Source: Candidatus Zixiibacteriota bacterium (GTDB lineage: Bacteria > Zixibacteria > MSB-5A5 > GN15 > FEB-12). From it: a stretch of 64,000 nt of DNA. Shown here piece by piece: positions 28,421-38,521 of this stretch. Position 1 is the first letter of the stretch. Each line of letters opens with the position of its first letter. A model generated the notes under the pieces. That model searched no databases. It was not told where the DNA came from and saw nothing but the letters and a program-made list of their open reading frames with translations. The stretch spans positions 554 to 64,553 of the forward strand of contig JBGSIV010000214.1 of NCBI GenBank assembly GCA_041742355.1. Reading direction: 5' to 3'. The position numbers were made by a program, and so were the translations under genes.

Positions 28421-28926
28421 GCGCACACCCGCAGGGTCACACGCTCTCCCTCGCTTTGCTCGGGGTCGCGCAAGACCCTGCGGAACGGGGTACCTCCGGG
28501 GCGGAGACAAGCCCCGCCCCTACGCGGGGGGTGGGAATGGGTTCGTTGGCGCGTATGCAGGTTTTCTTTCCCAGTCGGGTTTCTCGGGGCTCACGCCCCT
28601 CGGAACACCGACCTACTTGCAGGATCACCGACCTACGCCTCAGGAACGCCGATGGCGGCCTCAGGGACACCGAGCTACTCGGATCGCCGGCGTAGATGGG
28701 GTTGCTTTCTCGATTTCCAAGTCAGGCTCCAAGGAGCCTGACCTACTTCCTGTCACCTGTGTGACCGGGTTGATCGGATACCTATCTGACCGGTTCCGTC
28801 CGAATCTCTTCCCACCGCAAGCGGTGGGGCACCCAAGAGAGATTGCTTCGTCGCTCAGCTCCTCGCAATGACTGCCAGCAATCGTGCACGGGTTTTTTCA
28901 ACCGGCCGCAAGCGGTGGGGCACCCG
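28421..28926. repeat. REP/BIME-like mosaic cluster C
   Basis: Modules present:
- nested hairpin CCGCAGGGTC...GACCCTGCGG at 28429-28490;
- GGGGCGG...CCGCCCC-TAC at 28498-28523;
- GGGTTCGTTGGCGCG at 28536-28553;
- GTCGG...CCGAC-CTAC at 28574-28616;
- GTCAGGCTCC-AA-GGAGCCTGAC-CTAC at 28721-28746;
- CCGCAAGCGGTGGGGCACCC twice (28811-28830 region and 28907-28926);
- module 28843-28877, shared with the men intergenic region. Confidence 0.9.
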
Positions 28927-29027
28927 GCGGTTCATACACCGGCGGTCGTCGAATTCATGGCGCACACGAATTGATTTGTCTAGTGGTACACCGAACGGGC
29001 GAGGCCGTTCAATTGATTGTGCCGGAT

Positions 29028-30548
29028 TCAGTGGCCGACCGCGGCATGGTGGGCGGCGGTTCTTGATCGGTTCGACTCGATTCCCGCCAGGAATCCGACC
29101 AGCGCCTCCCGCACTTCCAGCATGCTCTGGATCCGGTCTTCGCGCTTCTTCACGAGCATTTTCGACACCAGCCGTTCGAGCCCCTCCGGTATGCCCGGCG
29201 CGTATGTGGCCATCGGCGCGGGTGTCGCCACCATGTGTTGCGCCAGAATCCCGGTCGTGTCGCCGGCGAACGGCGGGCGTCCGGTCAGCAGTTCGTAGAG
29301 CGTGATTCCAAGGGAGTAGATATCCGAGCGGGCATCGAGCGCCTCGCCGCAGCACTGCTCCGGGCTCATGTAGGCCGGTGATCCGAGGGTCGCCCCGGCC
29401 TGGGTCAGAGTTGCGGCCGCGGCCAGTTTGGCGATCCCGAAGTCGGTCAGTTTGGGTTTGCTGTCGTTGGTCATAAGCACATTCGCGGGTTTGATGTCCC
29501 GGTGGATGATGCCTGAGTCGTGGGCGATCGCCAGTCCTTCGGCCACGGCAGCCACGATCTCCGCCGCGGAGGTCGGCTCGAGCCGCCCGCGATTTTTGAG
29601 AAGGTCGGCCAGCGTGCCGCCGTCGACATACTCCAGGACCATCCACACGGCGTCATCCACCGCGACGAAATCATATACCTGCACGATATTCGGATGCGAC
29701 AGTCGGGCCAGGGCCCGCGCCTCGAGGGTGAAACGGGCGGTGTACTGCTCGTTCCCCAGCAATCGTCCGGAGAGCTGTTTGATGGCCACGGTCCGTTCCA
29801 GCACCCGGTCTTTTCCCCGGTACACGACGCCCATGGCTCCCTCGCCCAGTTTGTGCTCGAGCGAGTAGCGTTCGTTGAGCCCGATGGAGTTGGCAACGAT
29901 GGAAGCGGTTGTATGAGTAGAGGTGTTCAAGATCGCTACGGGGGTCTCCATCGTGGCGGTCGATGAGTTCCGGGTCGCCGTCAGTGACTGCACGCGCCGC
30001 TGCAGCCGTTCATGTCGGTCCGGATCGAAGGTCAGCAGTGCGGCCCAGCGGTACATCCGGCGGCTGCGTGTCCAGTCGGTCACCAGGAGGGCATCGGCCT
30101 GTTGTTCCCAGTTACGCGAGAGCCGCTCACCGGCGGTGAGTCGGTCCGGGAGTTGCAGGCAGAACTGCCGTCGCATCAACCTCCCTGTGCCGATACAGAC
30201 GGTCAGCATGAGAACGAGGTTAATGACCCGGGCGGTGCTGTTCGGCTTTTCCTTCTTCACCAGTCCGAAGAGTTTCCCCTGTTTCGATGGTGGAAAGGCT
30301 TTGTTCACGCCGGCACTGAGTACGGGCAGCACGATGAGCATGACCAGTAACGCGAGTATTGCGGTGGCCAGCCAGGCTCGACCGCAGGTGACAACGGCGT
30401 AGCCGAAAGCTATCGGTCGATAGAAAAAGTCGCGCCAGCCGTAGCCGGAACACCCGGCCGGCAGATCGACCACAGTCTCATCGGGAGCGGTTGTGCGCGT
30501 CGTTGTCGGGACCATATCAGTGTTGTCGGCATCCGTTTCTCGGGGCAT
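29028..30548 (-). CDS. Hanks-type Ser/Thr protein kinase with an N-terminal membrane region and a C-terminal kinase domain
   Basis: GEGAMGVVYRG...AIKQL, HRDIKPANVL, DFGIAK, SPEQ. I prefer the ATG at 30548 (GGGGAG ribosome-binding site). The ORF-track start at 30671 has no ribosome-binding site. Confidence 0.8.
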   Translation of the reverse strand: MPRETDADNTDMVPTTTRTTAPDETVVDLPAGCSGYGWRDFFYRPIAFGYAVVTCGRAWLATAILALLVMLIVLPVLSAGVNKAFPPSKQGKLFGLVKKEKPNSTARVINLVLMLTVCIGTGRLMRRQFCLQLPDRLTAGERLSRNWEQQADALLVTDWTRSRRMYRWAALLTFDPDRHERLQRRVQSLTATRNSSTATMETPVAILNTSTHTTASIVANSIGLNERYSLEHKLGEGAMGVVYRGKDRVLERTVAIKQLSGRLLGNEQYTARFTLEARALARLSHPNIVQVYDFVAVDDAVWMVLEYVDGGTLADLLKNRGRLEPTSAAEIVAAVAEGLAIAHDSGIIHRDIKPANVLMTNDSKPKLTDFGIAKLAAAATLTQAGATLGSPAYMSPEQCCGEALDARSDIYSLGITLYELLTGRPPFAGDTTGILAQHMVATPAPMATYAPGIPEGLERLVSKMLVKKREDRIQSMLEVREALVGFLAGIESNRSRTAAHHAAVGH

Positions 30549-30775
30549 AACGCTCCCCGGCAGGCGGATATCCCGGCTTTTCGGCCTCCCTGGCCGGCGG
30601 TTTGTACGGGCCGGGTCACATTTGCCGACATCCGACCGTAACTCCTTAATTTTCAATGCAATAGATATCATTGAGGATGGGTTTTTTGTTGCTCTTTAAG
30701 CATATAATGTGTACTATTGCCCGTACCGCGAATATGGACGTGAGAACTGCAAGATAGAAGGGAAACACTGCTGCC

Positions 30776-33208
30776 ATGGCAATGGAACGGCAAAAGATAG
30801 AACCGGTCTTTCTCGAAGAGGAGATGAAGAGCTCCTACCTCGATTACTCCATGTCGGTTATTACGAATCGGGCCCTGCCTGATATTCGCGACGGCCTCAA
30901 GCCGTCGAACCGACGCATCCTGGTAGCGATGAATGATCTGAATCTCGCTCCTGGCCGCCCGCACCGTAAGTGCGCGAAAATCTGCGGCGATACCTCCGGT
31001 AACTACCATCCCCACGGTGAGCAGGTTGTGTATCCGACCCTGGTGCGCATGGCGCAGGATTTCAACATGCGCTATCCGCTGGTCGACGGCCAGGGGAACT
31101 TCGGCTCGATCGACGGTGACGGCGCGGCGGCCATGCGGTATACGGAAGCCCGCCTGACTCCGATAGCCATGGAGATGCTCGAGGATCTCAAGAAAGAGAC
31201 TGTCGACTTCATGGCCAACTATGATTCCACGCGCGAGGAGCCGGTTGTCCTGCCAGGCAAGTTCCCGAACCTGCTGTGCAACGGGACCTCGGGTATCGCG
31301 GTCGGTATGGCCACGAATATTCCGCCGCACAATCTGAGCGAGATCGGCGGCGCAATCATTCACGTGATCGAGAATCCGGAATGCACCAACGACGATCTGA
31401 TTCGCCTCGTGCCTGGGCCCGATTTTCCGACGGGCGGCATTATCAATGGCCGCGAGGGGATTCGCGAGGCCTACCGTACGGGGAAGGGGCATGTGTATGT
31501 CCGGGCCCGCGCTTCGGTCGAACGGATGAAGACCGGCAAGGATGCGATCATCGTTTCGGAAATCCCGTTCCAGGTCAACAAGACCAACCTGCTGGAGAAG
31601 ATCGCCGAGCTGGTGCGCGACAAGAAGATCGACGGCATTTCCGATCTGCGTGATGAATCCGACCGCGACGGCATGCGCATTTACATCGAGCTCAAACGCG
31701 ACACGCAGCCGGATGTTGTCCTCAACCAGCTCTTCGCCCACACGACGATGCAGACGACCTTCTCGGTCAACATGCTCGGGCTGGACCATGGCGTGCCGAA
31801 GCTGCTGTCGATCAAGCAGCTCATCACGGCATTCATCGAGCACCGGCACGAAGTGGTCGTGCGGCGGACCAAGTACGATCTGCGCAAGGCGGAAGAGCGC
31901 GCGCACATTCTCGAGGGCTACCGGATCGCGCTGGATCATATCGACGAAGTGATCGCGCTTATCCGCAAGTCGAAAGACACGCCGTCGGCGCACGCCGGCC
32001 TCATGAAGAAATTCGGGCTTTCCGATATCCAAGCCACAGCAATCCTCGAGATGCGGCTCCAGCGCCTCACCGGCCTCGAGCGCCAGAAAATCGAGGACGA
32101 GTATCGTGAGCTGATCCAGAAGATCTCCGAGTACAAGGCGATCCTCGAGTCCAAGGCCCTGCGCATGCAGATTATCAAGGACGAGATCAGCATGCTGATC
32201 GACAAGTACGGCGACGCCCGCCGGACCGAGATCCAGGATGCGGCCGAGGAGCTGTCGGTCGAGGATCTGATCGCCGAGGAAGAGATGGTCATCACCATCT
32301 CCCATGAAGGCTACGTCAAGCGCCTCTCGGTCACCGGTTATCGCCGCCAGCAGCGCGGGGGCATGGGCGTGCGGGGTATCGAAACCAAGGAAGACGACTG
32401 GGCCGAGCACCTCTTTGTCGCGTCGACCCACGACTACGTCCTGTTCTTCTCGAACAAGGGGCGCTGTTACTGGCTGAAGGTGCACGAGATTCCGCTCGGC
32501 GGGCGGCTCGCCAAGGGCAAGCCGATCGTGAACCTTGTCCAGATGGAGAAGGGCGAGATCATCACCGCCTTCTGTCGCGTGCGCGAGTTTGTGGCCGACA
32601 AGTATATCGTTTTCGCCACCAAGCAGGGAGTGATCAAGAAGGTGTCGCTCGACGCTTTCTCGCACCCGCGCGTGACCGGGGTCAACGCGATAACGCTGCC
32701 GGTGGAAGACGAGCTGATCGAGGCCTCGCTGACCGATGGCTCGTTTGACATCGTGATGGCCACGCGCAAAGGCATGGCGATCCGGTTCAACGAGGAGAAA
32801 GTCCGCGCCATGGGCCGCACCGCGTACGGCGTCAAGGGGATCAACCTCGAGAAGAAGGACTACTGCATCGGCATGGTCGTGGTGAAGCGGGACAGCACGC
32901 TCTTGACCATTTGCGAGAACGGCCATGGGAAGCGCACCTCGATCGACGACTACCGCATCACCAACCGTGGCGGCAAGGGGATCATCAACATCAAGACGAC
33001 CGAACGCAACGGCGAAGTGGTGGCGATCAAGGAAGTGCTCGACCAAGACGAGCTGATCATCATCAGCCGCAAGGGAGTGACCTGCCGTCTCGCGGTCAAG
33101 AGCATCAAGACGATCGGCCGCAATACCCAGGGTGTGAAGCTCATGCAGATGCGCGAGGACGACAAGGTGATCGATGTCGCGCATGTGGTGACGGAAGAGT
33201 CGCAGTGA
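30776..33208 (+). CDS. gyrA: DNA gyrase subunit A
   Basis: 810 aa. Active-site [14 protein letters not shown]-type [10 protein letters not shown]. GyrA-box QRGGMG in the C-terminal domain. Confidence 0.97.
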   Translation: MAMERQKIEPVFLEEEMKSSYLDYSMSVITNRALPDIRDGLKPSNRRILVAMNDLNLAPGRPHRKCAKICGDTSGNYHPHGEQVVYPTLVRMAQDFNMRYPLVDGQGNFGSIDGDGAAAMRYTEARLTPIAMEMLEDLKKETVDFMANYDSTREEPVVLPGKFPNLLCNGTSGIAVGMATNIPPHNLSEIGGAIIHVIENPECTNDDLIRLVPGPDFPTGGIINGREGIREAYRTGKGHVYVRARASVERMKTGKDAIIVSEIPFQVNKTNLLEKIAELVRDKKIDGISDLRDESDRDGMRIYIELKRDTQPDVVLNQLFAHTTMQTTFSVNMLGLDHGVPKLLSIKQLITAFIEHRHEVVVRRTKYDLRKAEERAHILEGYRIALDHIDEVIALIRKSKDTPSAHAGLMKKFGLSDIQATAILEMRLQRLTGLERQKIEDEYRELIQKISEYKAILESKALRMQIIKDEISMLIDKYGDARRTEIQDAAEELSVEDLIAEEEMVITISHEGYVKRLSVTGYRRQQRGGMGVRGIETKEDDWAEHLFVASTHDYVLFFSNKGRCYWLKVHEIPLGGRLAKGKPIVNLVQMEKGEIITAFCRVREFVADKYIVFATKQGVIKKVSLDAFSHPRVTGVNAITLPVEDELIEASLTDGSFDIVMATRKGMAIRFNEEKVRAMGRTAYGVKGINLEKKDYCIGMVVVKRDSTLLTICENGHGKRTSIDDYRITNRGGKGIINIKTTERNGEVVAIKEVLDQDELIIISRKGVTCRLAVKSIKTIGRNTQGVKLMQMREDDKVIDVAHVVTEESQ

Positions 33209-33232
33209 TGCGACGCCCTATCTGATTCATTC

Positions 33233-33264
33233 GAACGGGCCCGGCGAGGGCCCGTTCTGCTTTC
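33233..33264 (+). terminator. rho-independent terminator of gyrA
   Basis: Stem GAACGGGCCC/GGGCCCGTTC with loop GGCGA, followed by TGCTTTC. Confidence 0.7.
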
Positions 33265-33338
33265 AGCCGGTCGGCTTCCCTATTCAAACCGGGTGCCAAT
33301 CCCACCTATCGAACCAATCCAAGACTTTAATGTCTTTG

Positions 33339-33367
33339 TTGACATCCTCCGACAACATCTCTACCTT
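33339..33367 (+). promoter_or_regulatory. sigma70-like promoter (TTGACA-17 nt-TACCTT)
   Basis: Perfect -35 TTGACA at 33339-33344 and a weak -10 at 33362-33367, about 100 nt upstream of 33466. Confidence 0.35.
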
Positions 33368-33465
33368 CAATGCAACAACAGGTTATCACATAACGTGCCC
33401 CTTCTTTCGGGGGGTCTGTCGTTCCGGCAATCGTCGCGGTGGGGGCACAATCAAGGGAGTCCTCC

Positions 33466-35913
33466 ATGAAGCGCATCTTCTCTCTCCTGTTCGCGCTCCT
33501 CATCGTGCCGGCAGCCGCACTGGCCGAGGGGGAGCTGGCGCTGTTCTCCGGCCACTATGGAATCCTCTTCAATAGCGGCGTATCCGGCGTAACCTCAGGT
33601 GACCTCAACAATGACGGTCTGGTCGATCTCGTCGTCGATGTCGATGGCGCCTATGGTTTCTACGTCGCATACGCCTATCCCAACGGCGCTTTCGCCCCTC
33701 CGGTCCTTCACCCGACCGTCGAAAACGTCTACTCCATTGCCCTCATACACCTCAATGCCGATACCTACTTGGACATTGTGGTCGGCACCGATGATGGGAT
33801 GCTCGTTTTCCTGAATGACGGTTACGGCAGTTTTCCCTCCTCCTCCCATTATCCGAACCCCTGGGATTTCGAGGGACTTGTCGGGGTTGACTATGACGGG
33901 GACAGCGATCTCGATTGCGTCGCCCTCGGATACAGCCGGCTCTTCTTCTACGCCAATGATGGTGAGGGCGCACTTGTTCTGACCGACAGCATTCCCTACG
34001 CGTTCGGTGGAAACCAGGGCCTCGTTACCGCCGATTTCAATACGGACACCTATCCCGATCTCGCATTCAGCGGCTATGAACGTGACTCCGTGTACGTCCT
34101 CCTGCACAACGGCAGCAATGGCTACCTGCCGGCGGTCCCGTACGCTTCGGGGGACAATCCGACCAAGCTCATACTTGCCGATGTGGACAACGACAACCGG
34201 GCGGACATAATCGTCGGCAACCGTCTTACCACTGAATTTCGCGTTCTTACCGGCAATTCTGACGGGTCCTTTGATCCGGCGAGCGCCTATGTCGCCGGCA
34301 CCGATCCAATGGCGATTGCCGCCGGCGATTTCGACAGCGATGGCTGGACGGACCTCGCTATCGCCTGTTTCCAAGCCCAACGCCTTACCATAATGCACAA
34401 TAACCAGGATGGTACATTTGCCCTTGCCGGTTGGTTTGACAACGAATACGCGGTAGCAGTGGACGCCGGCTATTTCGATGGCGATACCCACCTGGACCTC
34501 GCAGTCACGGCGGACGATGGGTACCTGCGTGTGCTTTTTGGCGATGGCACCGGTGATTTTCCGGATGTGACGGCCTGCCGCACCGACAAACCGGTATACG
34601 GGTACTCGACCGTCGACGTCGATGCCGACAGCGATATCGACGTTGTCTATACTAATCGTGACGATCGGTCCCTGAATGTCCTTCGTAACAACGGGTCCGG
34701 CAGCTTCTCGGTGCCGGATGTGACCACCATCACCAACGCCCTGCCCGACGATCTCTGCATGGCCGACGTCACGAACAGCAATGGCGTCGACGCCATCGTC
34801 GCCGATGGTGATCGCGACACCCTCTACGTGCTGTTCAATGACGGCAGCGGCGCGTTTTCGCTGACCGACCACCTGGCCACAGGGGACAAGCCGATTCGAC
34901 CGGTGGCCGCACATCTCAACGGCGATAGCTTTCTCGATCTGGCTGTCGCCAACAGCAACGGCAACAGCATTTCAGTCTTCATCAACAACCAGGATGGCTC
35001 ATTCGCCGATCGAACCGACTACCCGGTCAGAGAAGATCCGAGAGCGGTCACGGTCCTCGACGCCGATGGTGATGACGACCTTGATCTCGTTGTCGCTTCA
35101 CGCACGTATCCTGATCCGTCGGTCGATATACTCATCAACGACGGCTCCGGAGTATTTTCGGACGGCGCTTCCATTCCGCTTGACGGGCGTTATCCTGAGA
35201 ATGTGTTCGCCCTTGATCACGACGGTGACAGTGATCTCGATCTGTTCGTGCTGATTGAAGAGGATACGGTCATGGTTTTCACTAATCAGGGAATGGGGAA
35301 CTTTGCCGGACCCGAGTGGATTCCGATCCCCGTTGATGGGTACGCTCTCTCCGCCGATGATGTCGATAAGGACGGCGACCTTGATCTGGCCCTCGCCCAC
35401 GGTTACTATTTTGCGACGCTTCTCGGAAACAACGGCGACGGCACTTTCGGTCCCCCCATGACGTGGTATACGGGTGATCCCACTTACGGAATCGCGCTGG
35501 CCGATGTCACCGGTGATGACTGGCCCGACATGCTTACGTTTCCGGGCGACTATACGTATGACAGCTCGATCTGCGTATTCGTCAATCAGCAGCAGCAGAT
35601 TCCTCTCGGTGTCGACGATGATCCCGATCAGCTCCCCGCCACGTTTTCTTTGGGCGCCTACCCCAATCCGTTCAATGCGTCGCAGACCATTGCCTTCACG
35701 CTCCCCAACCGGAGCCTTGTCCGGCTTGACGTTTTCAACGTCCTCGGCCAGAAAGTCAGGACGCTCGTCGACGGCATGCTTTCCGCCGGCGAGCATCGGA
35801 CGACATGGAATGGCCAGGCCGACGGTGGGCGGACCGCGCCGACCGGCCTGTACTTTTATCGGCTCGTAGTGGATGGAACGAAGGAGACGCGCAAGGCTTT
35901 GCTGCTGAAATAG
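33466..35913 (+). CDS. FG-GAP/VCBS-repeat protein with a T9SS C-terminal sorting domain
   Basis: Signal peptide MKRIFSLLFALLIVPAAALA. Many DxDxDGxxD calcium-type repeats. C-terminus AYPNPFNASQTIAFTLP...GLYFYRL is typical of a T9SS/FlgD-Ig-like C-terminal sorting domain (CTD). Confidence 0.85.
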   Translation: MKRIFSLLFALLIVPAAALAEGELALFSGHYGILFNSGVSGVTSGDLNNDGLVDLVVDVDGAYGFYVAYAYPNGAFAPPVLHPTVENVYSIALIHLNADTYLDIVVGTDDGMLVFLNDGYGSFPSSSHYPNPWDFEGLVGVDYDGDSDLDCVALGYSRLFFYANDGEGALVLTDSIPYAFGGNQGLVTADFNTDTYPDLAFSGYERDSVYVLLHNGSNGYLPAVPYASGDNPTKLILADVDNDNRADIIVGNRLTTEFRVLTGNSDGSFDPASAYVAGTDPMAIAAGDFDSDGWTDLAIACFQAQRLTIMHNNQDGTFALAGWFDNEYAVAVDAGYFDGDTHLDLAVTADDGYLRVLFGDGTGDFPDVTACRTDKPVYGYSTVDVDADSDIDVVYTNRDDRSLNVLRNNGSGSFSVPDVTTITNALPDDLCMADVTNSNGVDAIVADGDRDTLYVLFNDGSGAFSLTDHLATGDKPIRPVAAHLNGDSFLDLAVANSNGNSISVFINNQDGSFADRTDYPVREDPRAVTVLDADGDDDLDLVVASRTYPDPSVDILINDGSGVFSDGASIPLDGRYPENVFALDHDGDSDLDLFVLIEEDTVMVFTNQGMGNFAGPEWIPIPVDGYALSADDVDKDGDLDLALAHGYYFATLLGNNGDGTFGPPMTWYTGDPTYGIALADVTGDDWPDMLTFPGDYTYDSSICVFVNQQQQIPLGVDDDPDQLPATFSLGAYPNPFNASQTIAFTLPNRSLVRLDVFNVLGQKVRTLVDGMLSAGEHRTTWNGQADGGRTAPTGLYFYRLVVDGTKETRKALLLK

Positions 35914-35936
35914 ATTCGCCGATCCGGCACACGCAT

Positions 35937-35964
35937 GAAGAGCCCGCCGAAACGCGGGCTCTTC
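35937..35964. terminator. hairpin between convergent genes
   Basis: 11-bp stem GAAGAGCCCGC/GCGGGCTCTTC. Only a weak T tract (TCATATTCTCC). Confidence 0.5.
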
Positions 35965-36007
35965 TCATATTCTCCAGTTTGCCAGACGGCGTACGCCGCA
36001 ATTCTCG

Positions 36008-38305
36008 TTAGAACCGCGTGGTCAGGCCGATGCTCGGCAGCACGCCGGCATCGTACACGTATCCGTCCGGCGCGCTGATAATCGGATTCGCCCGATTGGT
36101 CACATTCGCCACCGACCCGTACACTTCGGTACCTCCGAGGTTGATGGCGACGCTCAGGTTAAGCGACACGTGCACAGGAAACCGAGCCGCATTCTCAGTC
36201 CGCAGTGAGGCTTCGTAGTATTCGCGGCTGTAGCGATCGTCTCCGTAGATATCTTCGCTCGAGGGCAGCGGGGTGTAGGCGTAACCGGACCGTACGTTCA
36301 GTTCCGCTCCCAGCCGCACCCTCGCGTTCATATCGTAGCGCCCCCGGGCCATGAAGCGGTGTGGCGCGTTCAATTCGTAGGGTACGGTCACTCCCGAGGT
36401 CGTTTTCACCGCGTGCGTGTAGCCGTAGTAGCTGTCGAGGTGGAGTTTTCCCCGCAGCAAGCCATCGGCCGCCACGGAGACATCGCCGCCATAGAAGTCG
36501 TTGCGGCCCGCGGATACTGACCGGAGAAATCCCTCCTCGGCGACGGCTACGCTGACCTGGCTGAAATCCGGCTCGACGACCGGCAGGTGGTCGATCCGTT
36601 TGCGAAACGCCGACAGGGTCACCGGGCCGTGTTCATACTGGGCGCTGAGAAGGGCCGTGCGAATCGGCAGCAGGGAGTTGTAGTCCATCTGGATAATCGG
36701 CTGGTAGGGTTCCAGGACGCGGCGCGCGGGATCTTCCACGAACGTTCCCGCGAAGAGGTTCACCCGCTTGTTGTCTCCGACCGGGATTGTCACGGCCTGC
36801 CGCACGGTCAGCCACTCGCTGCGCGCCAACGCGCCGTAGTGTCCCGCCCGCACCCCTGATTCCATTTGCACGTTTCCCAGCCGCCAGCGCACCGAGGCAA
36901 ACGCGGCGTTGTCGATCCGGCGGCGCGTGCCGTGATAGTCTCCGTACAACTGGTTGAGTTCCGTCTGATATGCGTGCGGGATATCGCTGGCCGCGTCGGG
37001 CGGCAGGAAGTTCCAGTTCTCCTGTGTCAGGTCAATCCGCTGTCCCATCACCGATCGTAGCTGATCCCCCACGGTCAGTTCGATCTCGCCGAGCATCAGC
37101 GTCGCTTCCGCGCCGAATACCGCCTGCGTTCCCGAGGCCTGCAGATTGAGAATGGGCTGTGTTTGTGCGGCGGTTGCCTGGACCGGCGAGGCTTCGTAGC
37201 GTTCGTCGGTCGAGCGGACCGCAGCTTTCAGGCGAATCAGCGCTCCCGGCCGAAGCGACTCCAGCCGTCCGCCCACGTAGTGCTCCGAGGTCGCGAGCAC
37301 GGTGCTCGCGCCGAGCGGATTTCGCGCGGAGGGCTCGGTGCGGTACTTCAGGCCGTCGCTGACATGATACTGATCCACCACAAAGTGAGTCGCCTCGCCC
37401 AGGCGAATCCCGGTCGAGGCGAATATATCGCGGAAACTTGTCGGCGGAATCGTTCGTCGTCCGCTGTCGACGTCGAATCGGTCGACAATCTCGTCGAGCA
37501 CCGACTTTCGCACTGCTCCGGTCGAGAACCAGCAGCTTCCCCCGGCCGACCATGTTCCTCCGGCTTCGATCGCCGACAGGTTGATTTCTGCATCGGAGTG
37601 TGATTCGAAGCGCTTGTGCGTTTCGAATTCCACGGCCGAGGGCGCGTCCAGCCGCGCCGGGGTGCCCTGCGTCCGGACCGTCATTTCGTCGATCACTCCC
37701 GCGGGAATGACGGAGAACATCCCGTAGTGGTTCGGATTGCGCCCGATTTCGATATCATTGATGTAGTAGGTGGGCGAGGTGCCGTTGATCCGCAGCCGCG
37801 ACGAATGCGCGGAGCCCTCGCGGATCACCTGCGGCTCTTTGACCGCGCTGACCGGATTCGAGGGCAGAAACGACGCCCTGGCGCCGTCGGCAATTTCCAG
37901 CTGCGAGAATTCAGCTTTCGGTTCATCGAGGACCGCCAAGGGATAAACCTCGATCCGCCCCACATCGACCAGCACGGCTTTCAGTTTCACGACGACGGTT
38001 GTCGAATCCCGGTCGAGGAAGAACTGCTTTTCGTACTTGGCGTAACCGATCGAGGAAATTTCCAACGATATCGTTTCGGCGCGTGAGGCGGGGATCTTCA
38101 GCACGAATCGCCCGTCCAGCCCGGTCGGGACTCCCCCGATAACCGTGCTGTCATCGTTGCGGGCGAGGACCGTTGCCCCGACCACCACGCCGCCGTCGGT
38201 CCCGAGGACTTTGCCCGAAACCACGCGCCAGGCGGCTGAAACCGGGGAAGTAGATCCGATAACAGCCAGGAAGATCGCCAGAAGGACTTTCATCGATTTT
38301 GCCAT
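36008..38305 (-). CDS. TonB-dependent-receptor-like outer-membrane protein with an N-terminal CarboxypepD_reg-like domain
   Basis: 765 aa. Signal peptide. SGKVLGTDGGVVVGATVLA fold motif. Plug-like region. C-terminal ...GLTTRF aromatic terminus. Confidence 0.75.
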   Translation of the reverse strand: MAKSMKVLLAIFLAVIGSTSPVSAAWRVVSGKVLGTDGGVVVGATVLARNDDSTVIGGVPTGLDGRFVLKIPASRAETISLEISSIGYAKYEKQFFLDRDSTTVVVKLKAVLVDVGRIEVYPLAVLDEPKAEFSQLEIADGARASFLPSNPVSAVKEPQVIREGSAHSSRLRINGTSPTYYINDIEIGRNPNHYGMFSVIPAGVIDEMTVRTQGTPARLDAPSAVEFETHKRFESHSDAEINLSAIEAGGTWSAGGSCWFSTGAVRKSVLDEIVDRFDVDSGRRTIPPTSFRDIFASTGIRLGEATHFVVDQYHVSDGLKYRTEPSARNPLGASTVLATSEHYVGGRLESLRPGALIRLKAAVRSTDERYEASPVQATAAQTQPILNLQASGTQAVFGAEATLMLGEIELTVGDQLRSVMGQRIDLTQENWNFLPPDAASDIPHAYQTELNQLYGDYHGTRRRIDNAAFASVRWRLGNVQMESGVRAGHYGALARSEWLTVRQAVTIPVGDNKRVNLFAGTFVEDPARRVLEPYQPIIQMDYNSLLPIRTALLSAQYEHGPVTLSAFRKRIDHLPVVEPDFSQVSVAVAEEGFLRSVSAGRNDFYGGDVSVAADGLLRGKLHLDSYYGYTHAVKTTSGVTVPYELNAPHRFMARGRYDMNARVRLGAELNVRSGYAYTPLPSSEDIYGDDRYSREYYEASLRTENAARFPVHVSLNLSVAINLGGTEVYGSVANVTNRANPIISAPDGYVYDAGVLPSIGLTTRF

Positions 38306-38521
38306 AGTTTTTCCTCTCCTCCTGCCTTAGCACAAACGGTGTGCCGAAAACGGGAAAGGATCATGAGAGGCTATGACCTTGTGTACCAGAAACTTAGAAT
38401 ATTGCAGGGACTTGCAGGACCATGAAGAGGAATGCCTGATGTGCAGAACCGGTCACAGGAGGAAACGCAGGATATCGCGAGTTTATTTGCCGGAATTTGC
38501 TTTCCCCCATATATTTGCCCG

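Noticed and set aside
23880-28926. Integron-like cassette array (gene pairs separated by structured repeats that might be attC sites)
   Set aside because: I found no intI integrase or attI. The recurring GTTTGCG/GTTGGCG strings do not fit the GTTRRRY core. The spacers are far longer and more composite than attC sites.
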